Shown here in pieces: positions 9,610 to 19,096 of a stretch of DNA of 60,711 bases. The translations under genes were made by a program, and so were the position numbers. The notes under the pieces were generated by a model that saw nothing but the letters and a program-made list of their open reading frames with translations, did no database searches and was not told the DNA's origin. The DNA is from Clostridia bacterium (GTDB lineage: Bacteria > Bacillota > Clostridia > Christensenellales > UBA1242), in the NCBI GenBank assembly GCA_045596905.1, contig JAZODG010000047.1, positions 1 through 60,711 on the forward strand, given 5' to 3'. Position 1 is the stretch's first letter. Each line of letters starts with the position of its first letter.

Positions 9610-9638
9610 TTGACAAACAAGCAAACTTGGTGTATTAT
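9610..9638 (+). promoter_or_regulatory. Sigma-A type promoter for rpmF
   Basis: TTGACA (9610-9615), 17-nt spacer, TATTAT (9633-9638). Confidence 0.6.
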
Positions 9639-9734
9639 TAGTATGCTTTATTGATTAGTGTGAAGAATTTTGCACAAAATCAAAATTTAAATTGCAATCT
9701 GGAAACAGATTTATGATAATAGGAGGGTTCAATA

Positions 9735-9926
9735 ATGGCAGTTCCAAAGAAAAAGGTCTCTAAAGCTAAAGGTAGAAGCAGAATCGCTAACTGGAAAGCA
9801 ACAGCTCCAACACTTGTTGAATGTCCACAATGCCACGCATTCAAGCGTTCTCACGCTGTATGTGATAGCTGTGGTTATTATGATGGCGAAAAAAAAGTTG
9901 CAGTTAAAGCTGACGAAAACAAATAA
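9735..9926 (+). CDS. rpmF: 50S ribosomal protein L32 (zinc-ribbon form)
   Basis: MAVPKKKVSKAKGRSR...; CPQC...CDSC. Confidence 0.95.
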   Translation: MAVPKKKVSKAKGRSRIANWKATAPTLVECPQCHAFKRSHAVCDSCGYYDGEKKVAVKADENK

Positions 9927-9929
9927 TTG

Positions 9930-9953
9930 AAATGGGCGAAAGCCCATTTTTTT
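9930..9953 (+). terminator. Rho-independent terminator after rpmF
   Basis: AAATGGGC-GAAA-GCCCATTT followed by a T-run. Confidence 0.85.
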
Positions 9954-9975
9954 GTGCTTAAAATTTTGGTTCGGT

Positions 9976-10004
9976 ATTGATTCTTAAATGCTGTTATGTT
10001 ATAA
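9976..10004 (+). promoter_or_regulatory. Sigma-A type promoter for orphan gene 10032
   Basis: TTGATT (9976-9981), 17-nt spacer, TGT-TATAAT (9996-10004). Confidence 0.6.
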
Positions 10005-10031
10005 TATAATCACATGAAAGGGGGAGTGATT

Positions 10032-10388
10032 ATGTCAAAATTATATGAGCTTTTTGAATCGTATAACACTGTGACTTCAATGTGTGACTTAATCAGAATT
10101 TGCAAGACAACTGAAAATGATGCAGTGAAAGCTCTTGAAAAAGACCCATATAGTGAAGAACTTATATCAATTTATTATCGTGCAAAATGTGACAGAGAGT
10201 TTCTTGAAAACTTTTATGGTGAAATGAAAGACGAATATGAAAGTCTTTATGCTGAAGTGAAAAACGATAAAGATTTTATTGAAGAAGTTGAAAAAACTAC
10301 TGATGTTCCTGAAGAATATGAGTTAATTTTGGTTGCACTCAAATCAGAACTTGGATTAAAAGGCGATGAAAAACAAATAGAAAAATAG
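10032..10388 (+). CDS. Hypothetical acidic protein (118 aa)
   Basis: ATG 10032 lies 6 nt after GGGGGAG. Own promoter and terminator. No motif I recognise. Confidence 0.7.
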   Translation: MSKLYELFESYNTVTSMCDLIRICKTTENDAVKALEKDPYSEELISIYYRAKCDREFLENFYGEMKDEYESLYAEVKNDKDFIEEVEKTTDVPEEYELILVALKSELGLKGDEKQIEK

Positions 10389-10407
10389 GCAAGCGTGCCT
10401 ATTTTTT
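10384..10407 (+). terminator. Rho-independent terminator
   Basis: AATAGGCA-AGCG-TGCCTATT followed by TTTT. Confidence 0.8.
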
Positions 10408-10460
10408 GAGTTTTTAAGTGAAAATTTGGTTATTTTGATATAATAATCAATCAAATTAAA

Positions 10461-10489
10461 TTGCACACAAAGAGTATTTGTGTTACAAT
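10461..10489 (+). promoter_or_regulatory. Sigma-A type promoter for orphan gene 10516
   Basis: TTGCAC (10461-10466), 17-nt spacer, TGT-TACAAT (10481-10489). Confidence 0.55.
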
Positions 10490-10515
10490 TAAAGTGGAAT
10501 AAGGGGGAAATTTTT

Positions 10516-11640
10516 ATGCCAAGAATCAATGAATTAATTGAAAATTATAGAGCTTATGAAGTAGCTCTTCGTGAAGCAAATGCAGTAAAAGTTCAAAATG
10601 CAGAAATCAAACAAAAGGAAACTGATCTTTTTGTTAAAATGACATTTTTAAAAGAGCAAATCAAAGAAAAAAGACAACAACAAGCAGCAAAACTTTGGGG
10701 TGAAATGGAACAAGGTAGATTTTCTTATGGTCTTGAAGAAGGTCAAAAATCTAATCCAAATCCATATTATGGACCTGATTTTATTGATGTAACTTATAGC
10801 ACAGCATACATGTCTGTGATGGGTTTGAAACTTCCTGTTGGAAAGACTGAAAGTGGCAGAATTTTGTCAGTTGAAGAACTTATGGTTTTAGATGAATTTG
10901 ATCCAAAGTTCTACACAAAAGGCTTGCTTGAAAAGTTTAAAATTGACCCAGAAGGAACAAAGAAGGCTGTTTGTGAATCTGTTAGAGTTAGAATGATGAA
11001 AGACAGAGAAGCTTGTCCTGTTGAAATTGCAGCTATTGACAAAGAATTGGTTGAAAACAGAGCAAAACTTGCAAAACTTGAAAGACTTCTTGATGAAGAA
11101 GTTCCAGACAATGCAATTATGAGAAAAATCTTCAAGAAGAAATTTGAAGCAATTGAAAGGGCTCCTGAAGATGTTAAAAAGACCAAAGCACGTATTGAAG
11201 AACTTGAAAACACAAAAGGCAACCTTGAATATAGACTTAGTCTTGCTGAAAAATTAACAACTCCAGAAGCTATTGCTGAATATGTTGAAAGTGAATTTAA
11301 GTTCTTGCAAGAATTTGTTGCAAGAGATTGGAGCAAAGAAGTTGGCATGACATCAACTGAGCTTGTCGCAGAAGTTGCTGAAAATGACGCTCAAAGAGCA
11401 GAACTTAGAAAACAACAAACATCAACATATGAAATAGATTCAAAGGTTTCAAAACTTAAAGATGTTTTTGAAAAAGATTTTGCAGCTATGGAAAGTCTCT
11501 TTACTGACAAAGAATTTGTTGAAGAACTCAAAGCATTTGATGTTTCAAAGCTTTCAGAAGAAGAAAAGAAGATTGTTGAAGTTGTTAGATCTCAATATGA
11601 ACAATATCTTGCAAAAGCAATTGCAAAATATGAAGAATAG
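10516..11640 (+). CDS. Hypothetical soluble coiled-coil protein (374 aa)
   Basis: ATG 10516 follows AAGGGGGAA. Glu/Lys-rich helical sequence with no TM segment and no catalytic motif recognised. Confidence 0.7.
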   Translation: MPRINELIENYRAYEVALREANAVKVQNAEIKQKETDLFVKMTFLKEQIKEKRQQQAAKLWGEMEQGRFSYGLEEGQKSNPNPYYGPDFIDVTYSTAYMSVMGLKLPVGKTESGRILSVEELMVLDEFDPKFYTKGLLEKFKIDPEGTKKAVCESVRVRMMKDREACPVEIAAIDKELVENRAKLAKLERLLDEEVPDNAIMRKIFKKKFEAIERAPEDVKKTKARIEELENTKGNLEYRLSLAEKLTTPEAIAEYVESEFKFLQEFVARDWSKEVGMTSTELVAEVAENDAQRAELRKQQTSTYEIDSKVSKLKDVFEKDFAAMESLFTDKEFVEELKAFDVSKLSEEEKKIVEVVRSQYEQYLAKAIAKYEE

Positions 11641-11758
11641 TCTTTAAATCAAAATTTATAAAGGTAAGTCAAAATTTGGCTTCTCTTTTTTTGTTAATTT
11701 AATTGAAATTATATTATAAATAATATATAATATCATTGTTACAATAGGAGAAGTATGT

Positions 11759-12781
11759 ATGAAAATAGTTTTAGATTGTTATGGTGCTGATTACTCACCA
11801 GATGAAATTGTTAAAGGTGCTATAACAGCTGTGAACTTGATTGATGAAGTGGAAATGATTTTGACTGGCAATCAAGAAGAAATCCAAAAGGTTATTGATG
11901 AAGTTGGTTATAAGGGAAATAAGATTGAAATTGCTGATGCAAAAGACGTTATTTCTTGTAACGAATCACCAACTATGGCTATAAGAAGAAAAACTGACAG
12001 CTCACTTGTTACTGCTCTTAATATCTTGAAAACAAGAGAAGATGTTATTGGTATGATTAGTGCTGGAAGCACAGGGGCAGTTCTTGCTGGTGGTCTTTTT
12101 GTTATTGGAAGAATGGAAGGCGTGAAGCGTCCAGCTCTTGCTCCATTTTTGCCAACAGTTAATGGTGGAAAGACTCTTTTGATTGACTGTGGTGCAAATG
12201 TTGACTGTAAGCCTGAATATTTAAAACAATTTGCAATCATGGGTTCAATTTATGTTAGAGCTATGCTTGGAATTGAAAATCCAAGAGTTGGTCTTATTTC
12301 AAATGGTGTTGAAGACCATAAGGGAAATGAACAAATCCATCAAACATTTGAACTCTTGAAAAATACTCCTGAAATCAACTTTGTTGGAAATATGGAAGCC
12401 CGTGAAATGCTTTCAGGTGAATATGACGTGTTGGTTTGCGATGGTTTCACTGGAAACGTGGCCTTGAAGTCTGCTGAAGGCACAATGAAAGGCTTTATGG
12501 ATATTTTGAAACAAGAAATCAAGGGCGGCGGCTTAAGAGCAAAAATCGGTTATTTATTCTTAAAGAAAGCGTTTAAGAACTTAAAGAAGAGAATGAACTA
12601 CACTGAAGTTGGTGGTTCACCATTCCTTGGAATTGATAAGATTTTGGTTAAGTCACATGGCTCAAGCAAAGCAAAAACCATTTATTCTTGTGTTTTGCAA
12701 GTTATGGATATTTATAAGTCAAACTACATTGAAAAAATGCGTGAAGGTATAAAAAATTCTAGTATTTCTGGAGAAAATTAG
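11759..12781 (+). CDS. plsX: Phosphate acyltransferase PlsX
   Basis: MKIVLDCYGADYSPDEIVKGA..., 340 aa, typical PlsX N-terminus and length. Confidence 0.93.
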   Translation: MKIVLDCYGADYSPDEIVKGAITAVNLIDEVEMILTGNQEEIQKVIDEVGYKGNKIEIADAKDVISCNESPTMAIRRKTDSSLVTALNILKTREDVIGMISAGSTGAVLAGGLFVIGRMEGVKRPALAPFLPTVNGGKTLLIDCGANVDCKPEYLKQFAIMGSIYVRAMLGIENPRVGLISNGVEDHKGNEQIHQTFELLKNTPEINFVGNMEAREMLSGEYDVLVCDGFTGNVALKSAEGTMKGFMDILKQEIKGGGLRAKIGYLFLKKAFKNLKKRMNYTEVGGSPFLGIDKILVKSHGSSKAKTIYSCVLQVMDIYKSNYIEKMREGIKNSSISGEN

Positions 12782-13455
12782 TGAAAAATCAAAACGAAAT
12801 AAAAGAAGTTGAAAAAATCATTGGTTATAAGTTTAACAGCAGTAAGCTTTTGCTTAAAGCCATCACTCATTCAAGTTATTCAAACGAACACAGAGTTGAG
12901 TCAAATGAAAGACTTGAGTTTTTAGGTGATGCTGTTATTGAGTTTATTATAACAGAAAGGCTTTATTTGGAGTTTGGGAAAAAAGAAGGCGACCTTTCAA
13001 AGATTAGGGCGACGGTTGTTAGTGAAAAACCACTTGCTGAAGCTATTGATAGGCTTGGTCTTGAAAAATACCTTTTAAGGGGTGTTGGAGAAAGTAAAAA
13101 TACCAACACTTCAAAGGCTGTTAAATGCGACATGTTTGAAGCGATTGTTGGCGCAATCTATCTTGATGGCGGCATTGAAAAAGCTAAGGCATTTTTTAAT
13201 ATGGCTGTTGGTGGGATTTTGGATAACATAAAAGTTCATGGTTATACTGAAGACCCAAAAACAAAGCTTCAAGAAATGCTCAAACAGGCAAAGATTGTTT
13301 ATCAAACATCAAAATCTGGCGCTGACCATGCTCCGGTTTATAAAACCAATGTTTTCATAAATGATGTGAAAATGGGTTCTGGAACAGGAACAAACAAAAG
13401 AGCATCAGAAGAAGTTGCTGCAAGTGCTGCAATAAACAAACTAGAACAAGTTTAG
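12781..13455 (+). CDS. rnc: Ribonuclease III
   Basis: Signature ERLEFLGDAV and a C-terminal dsRBD. The GTG start overlaps the plsX TAG by 1 nt. Confidence 0.93.
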   Translation: MKNQNEIKEVEKIIGYKFNSSKLLLKAITHSSYSNEHRVESNERLEFLGDAVIEFIITERLYLEFGKKEGDLSKIRATVVSEKPLAEAIDRLGLEKYLLRGVGESKNTNTSKAVKCDMFEAIVGAIYLDGGIEKAKAFFNMAVGGILDNIKVHGYTEDPKTKLQEMLKQAKIVYQTSKSGADHAPVYKTNVFINDVKMGSGTGTNKRASEEVAASAAINKLEQV

Positions 13456-13465
13456 GTGATTATTT

Positions 13466-16400
13466 ATGAATTTTGAAAAGTTAGACATATATGGCTTTAA
13501 ATCGTTTGCAGACAAGATTGAAATTAAGTTTGAATCTGGTATAACTGCGATTGTTGGTCCAAATGGTTGTGGAAAGAGTAACGTTGCTGATTCCATTCGT
13601 TTTGTTATGGGTGAGCAAAGTGCAAAATCTATGCGTGGTGCAAGCATGCAAGACGTTATCTTTAACGGAACACAAAACAGAAAACCACAATCATACTGTG
13701 AAGTTTCGTTATACTTTAATAACAAAAATAAGATTTTTAATCTTGACTATGATGAAGTTGTTTTAACCAGAAAACTCTATAAGAGTGGTGAAAGCGAATA
13801 TCAAATCAACAAGAACACTTGCAGACGTAGAGATATCATTGATGCATTCCGTGACATTGGTCTTGGAAAAGAAAGCTATTCAGTTATTGGTCAAGGTAAA
13901 ATTGACAGCATTTTGTCAGCTAAGCCAGAAGACAGAAGAAATATCTTTGAAGAAGCTGCAGGCATTTCTAAATTTAAGGAAGAAAAGGCAAGTTCTGTGT
14001 CAAAACTTGATAGAGTTAATGACAACCTTATTAGAATAAATGACATTATCTTGGAACTTGAAAAACAGCTTGGACCACTTAAGCATCAAGCTGAAAACGC
14101 AAAGATTTTCCTTGAACTTTCAAATAAACTCAAAGAGCTTGAAATTAACATTTATGTTTATGAAAGTGACAACTCAAATGCTGAAAAACAAAAGATTTAC
14201 GATGTTATTCATGCTATTGATGAAGAAATTGCACTTCGTGAAAGAGACTTTAATGAAGCCGTTAACAAATATGAAATTTCACAACAACAAATTGAGTCAC
14301 TTGATGATACACTCAGTGCGCTTCGTGATGAACTTTTGAACTTGACCGTTGAGCTTGAAAAACAAAATGGTGAAATAAAGCTTTATAACGAAAAAATTTC
14401 AATGGCAAAAGAACAAAATGAACGTATCCTTGATGAAATTGGTCACTGTGAATATGTTGTAAAGCAAGGCAAAGAGCAAGAAGAAAAACTCACTGGTGAA
14501 AAAGAAGCGTCAGTTGAAGCTTTAAAAAATTATGAGATTGAACAAACCAAGCTTGAAGTTAATTATAAAAGCACTCTTGAAAAGCTTTCACTTGGTGAAG
14601 CTGATGCGGAAAACGTTGATTCAGAGCTTTATTTGACATTGGAAGCTTCTGGAGATATCAAGTCAAGACTGCTTAAATATGAAACAGAACTTGAGTCATT
14701 AAAAGCAAGACAAGCAGAAATTTCAAAAGAAAAAGATGCTCTTGAAAATGACAATAGAGACTATTCATACAAAATCGAAACTGCTGAAGAAGAAATTGAA
14801 AAGCTTGAAGAAAAAATTGAAAAGAAAAATGAAGAAAGACAAACCGTACTTTCAGAAATTGATAAGTATGATGAAAAATACAACGAACTTGCTGAGCTTA
14901 TTGATGAAGCAAAAGTTAAGTATCACACAAGCTTGAGCCGTTATAATGTTTTGTCTGACATGAAAGAATATAACGAAGGCTTTGCAATCAGTGTTAGAAG
15001 ACTTCTTGAACAAGCTCATGAAGGTTCAAGTGTTGGTGGAAAGGTTATTGGTGTTGTTGCATCACTTATGCGTGTTCCACAAAAATATGAAGTGGCTATT
15101 GAAATGGCACTTGGTGCAAGTGTTCAAAACATTGTTACAAAAAATGAAGACGATGCAAAATCGCTTATTGAATACTTGAAAACAAACAAGTTTGGTAGAG
15201 TAACATTCTTGCCAATCACATCAGTAAAAGAAAGATATATTTCAGCTCAAGCAGAAAGCAAACTTAACATGCGTGGTGTTTGTGGTGTTGCTAGTGAGCT
15301 TATTGATTATGATTCAAAATATGACAAGGTATTTAAGAGTTTGCTTGGCTCAACAATTATCATTGACAATATGGACAATGCTGTTGAGTTCTCAAGGGCA
15401 ACTGGCTATTCAACAAAGATTGTTACACTTGAAGGTGACGTAATTAGCCCACAAGGTACACTCACTGGTGGTAGCAGAAAAGAAAACAATGCAAATATTT
15501 TGAGTCGTGACAGAGAAATTGAAGAACTTCAAAATAGTCTTGAAGGTCTTAAAAATAAGATGGAAGACTATGCGAAAGAGCAAGATGAAGTTAGAAATAA
15601 AATTGCTGCGCTCAATGAAAAATCAAGAACCATTGTTGATGATATTCACGCTCTTGAAGTTCAAAAAGTTAAGCAAGAAGAGATTATTGATAGCTTAGAA
15701 AATCAACAAGATGACAATATTGCAGCACTTTCAGAACAAGACATTGTGTTCACTGCCGTGCTTGATAAGATTGATTTTGTTGAAAGAGAGATTGAGAGAA
15801 TCTCAAAAGAACAAGAAGATGTTAATAGCAAGAAAACTCAGGCTACTGCAAGCAAAAAGCAAGCAACTGATAACTTTGGAAAACTTCGTACAGAAAGAGA
15901 TGAGTTGTTTGAAAAACTTGGAGAAATCAGAATCACTATTGAAGCAGAGAGAAACAATCTCAAAAATATCAATAGTGAACTTGAAAGAGCCACAATTTCT
16001 GTTGCTCAAAACGAATTTAAGTCAAAAGAACTTTTGCTTAGTGTTCAGAAAAATAACCAACAAATTGAAGAATTGCAACAAAATATTGATGATATTATGG
16101 CAACAAGTGCGTTTTCTGCTAGCACAAAGAAAATTGAACTTGTAAAACAAAAGATTTCATCAATTTCTGAAACAAAAAAGAAATGTCAACAAGAAATGAA
16201 TGAAGCTGACGCAAATAAAATGATGTTTGCTGCTGAGATTCAAAGAGCTAACGAAAAGAAAGCAAAAGAAGAAAATAAACTTGTTAAAATTGATACCGAC
16301 CTTGAAAATCTTCAAAACAGAGTTTGGGAAGAATATCAATTAACATATGCCGATTCAAAGCAGTTTGTTGTTGAAAACTTTGATATCAAACAAGGTGTTG

Positions 16401-17059
16401 CAGACGCTCAAGAAATTAAGCGTAAGATTCAAAGGCTTGGAACTGTTAACCTTGCTGCTATTGAAGATATCAAGACAATTTCTGAACGTTATGACGAACT
16501 TGTTAAGCAAAGAGACGACATGACCAAGGCAAAAGATGACCTTAACACAATCATTAAAGATTTGACTGAAAAAATGGAAGTTCAATTTAATGAATGTTTT
16601 GAAAAAATCAGAACAAACTTCCAAACAATCTTCAGAGAACTTTTTGGTGGTGGAAAGGCAGATATCACATTTACAGACCCAAAGAATGTGCTTGAATGTG
16701 GTATTGATATTATTGCAGAACCACCAGGCAAGAAACTTCAATCAATTACACTTTTGTCAGGTGGCGAAAAAGCACTCACAGCTGTTGCGATATTGTTCTC
16801 AATATTAAAACTTCGTTCAATGCCATTCTGTGTGCTTGACGAAATTGAAGCTGCGCTTGACGATGCAAACGTTGAAAGATACGCAAAATACTTGCATAAG
16901 TTTAGTGGTGACACACAATTTATTGTTATCACTCACAGAAAGCCAACAATGGAACTTGCTGACTCTCTCTATGGTGTAACCATGGAAGAAAAGGGTGTTT
17001 CTAAGGTTGTTTCAGTTAAGCTTTCAGAAGCTATTAAGATTGATAATAGCGACAACTAA
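13466..17059 (+). CDS. smc: Chromosome segregation protein SMC
   Basis: Walker A GPNGCGKSN, long coiled coils and hinge, LSGGEK signature, Walker B CVLDEIEAALD; 1197 aa. Confidence 0.96.
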   Translation: MNFEKLDIYGFKSFADKIEIKFESGITAIVGPNGCGKSNVADSIRFVMGEQSAKSMRGASMQDVIFNGTQNRKPQSYCEVSLYFNNKNKIFNLDYDEVVLTRKLYKSGESEYQINKNTCRRRDIIDAFRDIGLGKESYSVIGQGKIDSILSAKPEDRRNIFEEAAGISKFKEEKASSVSKLDRVNDNLIRINDIILELEKQLGPLKHQAENAKIFLELSNKLKELEINIYVYESDNSNAEKQKIYDVIHAIDEEIALRERDFNEAVNKYEISQQQIESLDDTLSALRDELLNLTVELEKQNGEIKLYNEKISMAKEQNERILDEIGHCEYVVKQGKEQEEKLTGEKEASVEALKNYEIEQTKLEVNYKSTLEKLSLGEADAENVDSELYLTLEASGDIKSRLLKYETELESLKARQAEISKEKDALENDNRDYSYKIETAEEEIEKLEEKIEKKNEERQTVLSEIDKYDEKYNELAELIDEAKVKYHTSLSRYNVLSDMKEYNEGFAISVRRLLEQAHEGSSVGGKVIGVVASLMRVPQKYEVAIEMALGASVQNIVTKNEDDAKSLIEYLKTNKFGRVTFLPITSVKERYISAQAESKLNMRGVCGVASELIDYDSKYDKVFKSLLGSTIIIDNMDNAVEFSRATGYSTKIVTLEGDVISPQGTLTGGSRKENNANILSRDREIEELQNSLEGLKNKMEDYAKEQDEVRNKIAALNEKSRTIVDDIHALEVQKVKQEEIIDSLENQQDDNIAALSEQDIVFTAVLDKIDFVEREIERISKEQEDVNSKKTQATASKKQATDNFGKLRTERDELFEKLGEIRITIEAERNNLKNINSELERATISVAQNEFKSKELLLSVQKNNQQIEELQQNIDDIMATSAFSASTKKIELVKQKISSISETKKKCQQEMNEADANKMMFAAEIQRANEKKAKEENKLVKIDTDLENLQNRVWEEYQLTYADSKQFVVENFDIKQGVADAQEIKRKIQRLGTVNLAAIEDIKTISERYDELVKQRDDMTKAKDDLNTIIKDLTEKMEVQFNECFEKIRTNFQTIFRELFGGGKADITFTDPKNVLECGIDIIAEPPGKKLQSITLLSGGEKALTAVAILFSILKLRSMPFCVLDEIEAALDDANVERYAKYLHKFSGDTQFIVITHRKPTMELADSLYGVTMEEKGVSKVVSVKLSEAIKIDNSDN

Positions 17060-17087
17060 TAATTTTTGACATGAATAAGGAGTGGTT

Positions 17088-17987
17088 ATGGGATTTTTCT
17101 CAAGACTTGTTAGTGGACTAAAAAATACAAAAAAGTCATTTGCTGAAAAACTTAAATATGTTTTTACTGGCAATGATATTGATGAAGATTTCTATGAAGA
17201 ACTTGAATATATCTTAATCAGTGCAGATATCGGAACAGGTGCAACTGAAGAAATTTTGGATACTTTAAGAGAAGAAGCAAAATCAAGAAAACTCAAAAAG
17301 ACCGATGATTGCAGAGAAGTTTTGAAAGAAATCATGGTTGATATTTTGTCTAGAACTGAAGCTGAAGAATATACATATCCACTTGCTATCATGGTTGTTG
17401 GTGTTAACGGCGTTGGAAAAACAACAACAATTGGAAAGATTGCTAAAAAGTTTTCAGACATGGGCAAAAAGGTTGTTATTGCTGGAGCAGACACCTTTAG
17501 AGCTGCTGCCGGTGACCAACTTAAAGTTTGGGCTGACAAAGTAAAGGCAAAGTATGTGTCAGGTGAACAAGGTGCTGATGCATCAGCTGTTGTGTTTGAT
17601 GCTATTGCATCAAGCAAAGCAAAGGGTGCAGATGTGCTTTTGATTGACACTGCAGGACGTCTTCATAATAAAGTTAACCTTATGGAAGAACTTAAGAAAA
17701 TCGGAAAGGTTGTTTCAAGAGAATGGCCTGAAGCTGAATATCACAAATTTATTGTTGTTGATGGCACAACCGGTCAAAACTCAATCAATCAAGTTCAAAT
17801 GTTTAACGAAGCAGTTGAACTCACTGATATTGTTATCACAAAACTTGACGGCACAAGCAAAGGTGGTTTTGTGGTTGGGCTTGCAAGCGATTATGATATT
17901 GCAGTTCGTTATATTGGTGTTGGTGAATCAGCTGAAGACCTTTTGGATTTTGATGCAAAAGACTTTGTTGAAGCTATATTTGAATAA
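17088..17987 (+). CDS. ftsY: Signal recognition particle receptor FtsY
   Basis: GVNGVGKTTT, DTAGR, TKLDG. ATG 17088 lies 5 nt after AAGGAG. Confidence 0.94.
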   Translation: MGFFSRLVSGLKNTKKSFAEKLKYVFTGNDIDEDFYEELEYILISADIGTGATEEILDTLREEAKSRKLKKTDDCREVLKEIMVDILSRTEAEEYTYPLAIMVVGVNGVGKTTTIGKIAKKFSDMGKKVVIAGADTFRAAAGDQLKVWADKVKAKYVSGEQGADASAVVFDAIASSKAKGADVLLIDTAGRLHNKVNLMEELKKIGKVVSREWPEAEYHKFIVVDGTTGQNSINQVQMFNEAVELTDIVITKLDGTSKGGFVVGLASDYDIAVRYIGVGESAEDLLDFDAKDFVEAIFE

Positions 17988-18004
17988 AATTTAGGGAGTT
18001 ACAT

Positions 18005-18652
18005 ATGAAAAAATTTGATAGAAATTATTTGATTGGTGCTGGATTTTTTGTGGCTTTTGTGTTGTTTACTATCTTAGTGAAATTTGTTGACGTTAAAGCA
18101 ATTGGACCACTTGGTTCAGAAGTCGGTTTTGCTGGGTTCAATGAACTATTTTTGAAAACAAATTCAAACTCATGCTGGGACGCTGTGTCAGATGTGTTCA
18201 TGATTTTGGCATTAGCATCAGCACTTTGTTTTGCTGTTGTTGGCGTTGTTCAACTTATTAAGAGAAAGAGCTTAAAAAAGGTTGATAAAAACTTGTATGT
18301 TCTTTTGGGATTATATGTTGTTACAATGCTTATTTACGTGTTATTTGAACTTGTTGTTGTAAACTATCGTCCTGTTTTGGAAGAAGCAAAACTTGTTGCA
18401 TCATATCCATCAACACATATCTTGATTTCAGTGGTGTTTATGTTTGCTGCTCTTATGGGGCTTAATAAATATCTCAAAAACAAAAAGAATGTGTTTATTA
18501 TCAACATTTTAACTTCAGTGTTTGTTGTTTTGCTTGTATGTGCTAGAATCATGTCTGGTGTGCATTGGATAACAGATATTATTGCAGCGCTCTTGATGGC
18601 TGGGGCACTTTTGTTTGTTTATAAGGGTGCTTTAAAACAATTTGATAAATAA
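18005..18652 (+). CDS. PAP2-family membrane phosphatase
   Basis: NYRP ... SYPSTH ... SGVHWITD matches the KxxxxxxRP / PSGH / SRxxxxxHxxxD acid phosphatase motifs. Several TM segments. Confidence 0.8.
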   Translation: MKKFDRNYLIGAGFFVAFVLFTILVKFVDVKAIGPLGSEVGFAGFNELFLKTNSNSCWDAVSDVFMILALASALCFAVVGVVQLIKRKSLKKVDKNLYVLLGLYVVTMLIYVLFELVVVNYRPVLEEAKLVASYPSTHILISVVFMFAALMGLNKYLKNKKNVFIINILTSVFVVLLVCARIMSGVHWITDIIAALLMAGALLFVYKGALKQFDK

Positions 18653-18656
18653 AAAC

Positions 18657-18688
18657 AAAACTCTTGATTAGTTTCAAGGGTTTTTATT
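18657..18688 (+). terminator. Rho-independent terminator
   Basis: AAAACTCTTGA-TTAGTT-TCAAGGGTTTT followed by a T-run. Confidence 0.7.
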
Positions 18689-18700
18689 TTATAAAAAGTG

Positions 18701-18729
18701 TTGACAATTAAAATAAAGTGGTATATACT
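18701..18729 (+). promoter_or_regulatory. Sigma-A type promoter for ylxM-ffh
   Basis: TTGACA (18701-18706), 17-nt spacer, TATACT (18724-18729). Confidence 0.6.
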
Positions 18730-18765
18730 ATGTAAAGTAATAATGCTTTACAAGAGGAAATGCTA

Positions 18766-19083
18766 ATGCAAATTCAAGAGTTAAACAGTTACACAAAATT
18801 GTTTGATACTTATGGAAACCTTCTTTCAAACAAACAATATGAAGTTATGGATAAGTTTTTGAACATGGATATAAGCGAAAGTGAAATGGCTGAGCTTGAA
18901 AATGGTTCAAGACAAGCGATTCATGATGCGCTTTCAAAAGCAAAAAAACAACTTGTTGAGTTTGAAGCAAAATGTCATTTTGTTGAGCAAAAAGAAATAT
19001 TACGTGAAAAACTTGAAGAGTTAAAACAACTTCTTGATTCAAATCAAGCAGACATTGTTGACACAATAATCGCAAATTTATAA
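18766..19083 (+). CDS. ylxM: UPF0122 helix-turn-helix protein YlxM (SRP operon)
   Basis: ...YGNLLSNKQYEVMDKFLNMDISESEMAELENGSRQAIHDAL..., immediately upstream of ffh. ATG 18766 lies 7 nt after AGAGGA. Confidence 0.85.
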   Translation: MQIQELNSYTKLFDTYGNLLSNKQYEVMDKFLNMDISESEMAELENGSRQAIHDALSKAKKQLVEFEAKCHFVEQKEILREKLEELKQLLDSNQADIVDTIIANL

Positions 19084-19096
19084 AAGGAGAAAAAGC

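Noticed and set aside
10911-11348. 145-aa minus-strand ORF (Ser/Leu-rich)
   Set aside because: It is antisense to the Glu/Lys-rich coiled-coil ORF. GAA/AAG-rich coding produces open TTC/CTT antisense frames. The plus-strand ORF has the promoter, SD and terminator.
11666-11690. Terminator after the 374-aa orphan gene
   Set aside because: Only a 7-bp AT-rich stem with a G-U pair (AAGTCAA/TTGGCTT) precedes CTCTTTTTTT. It is plausible but too weak to list as a feature.
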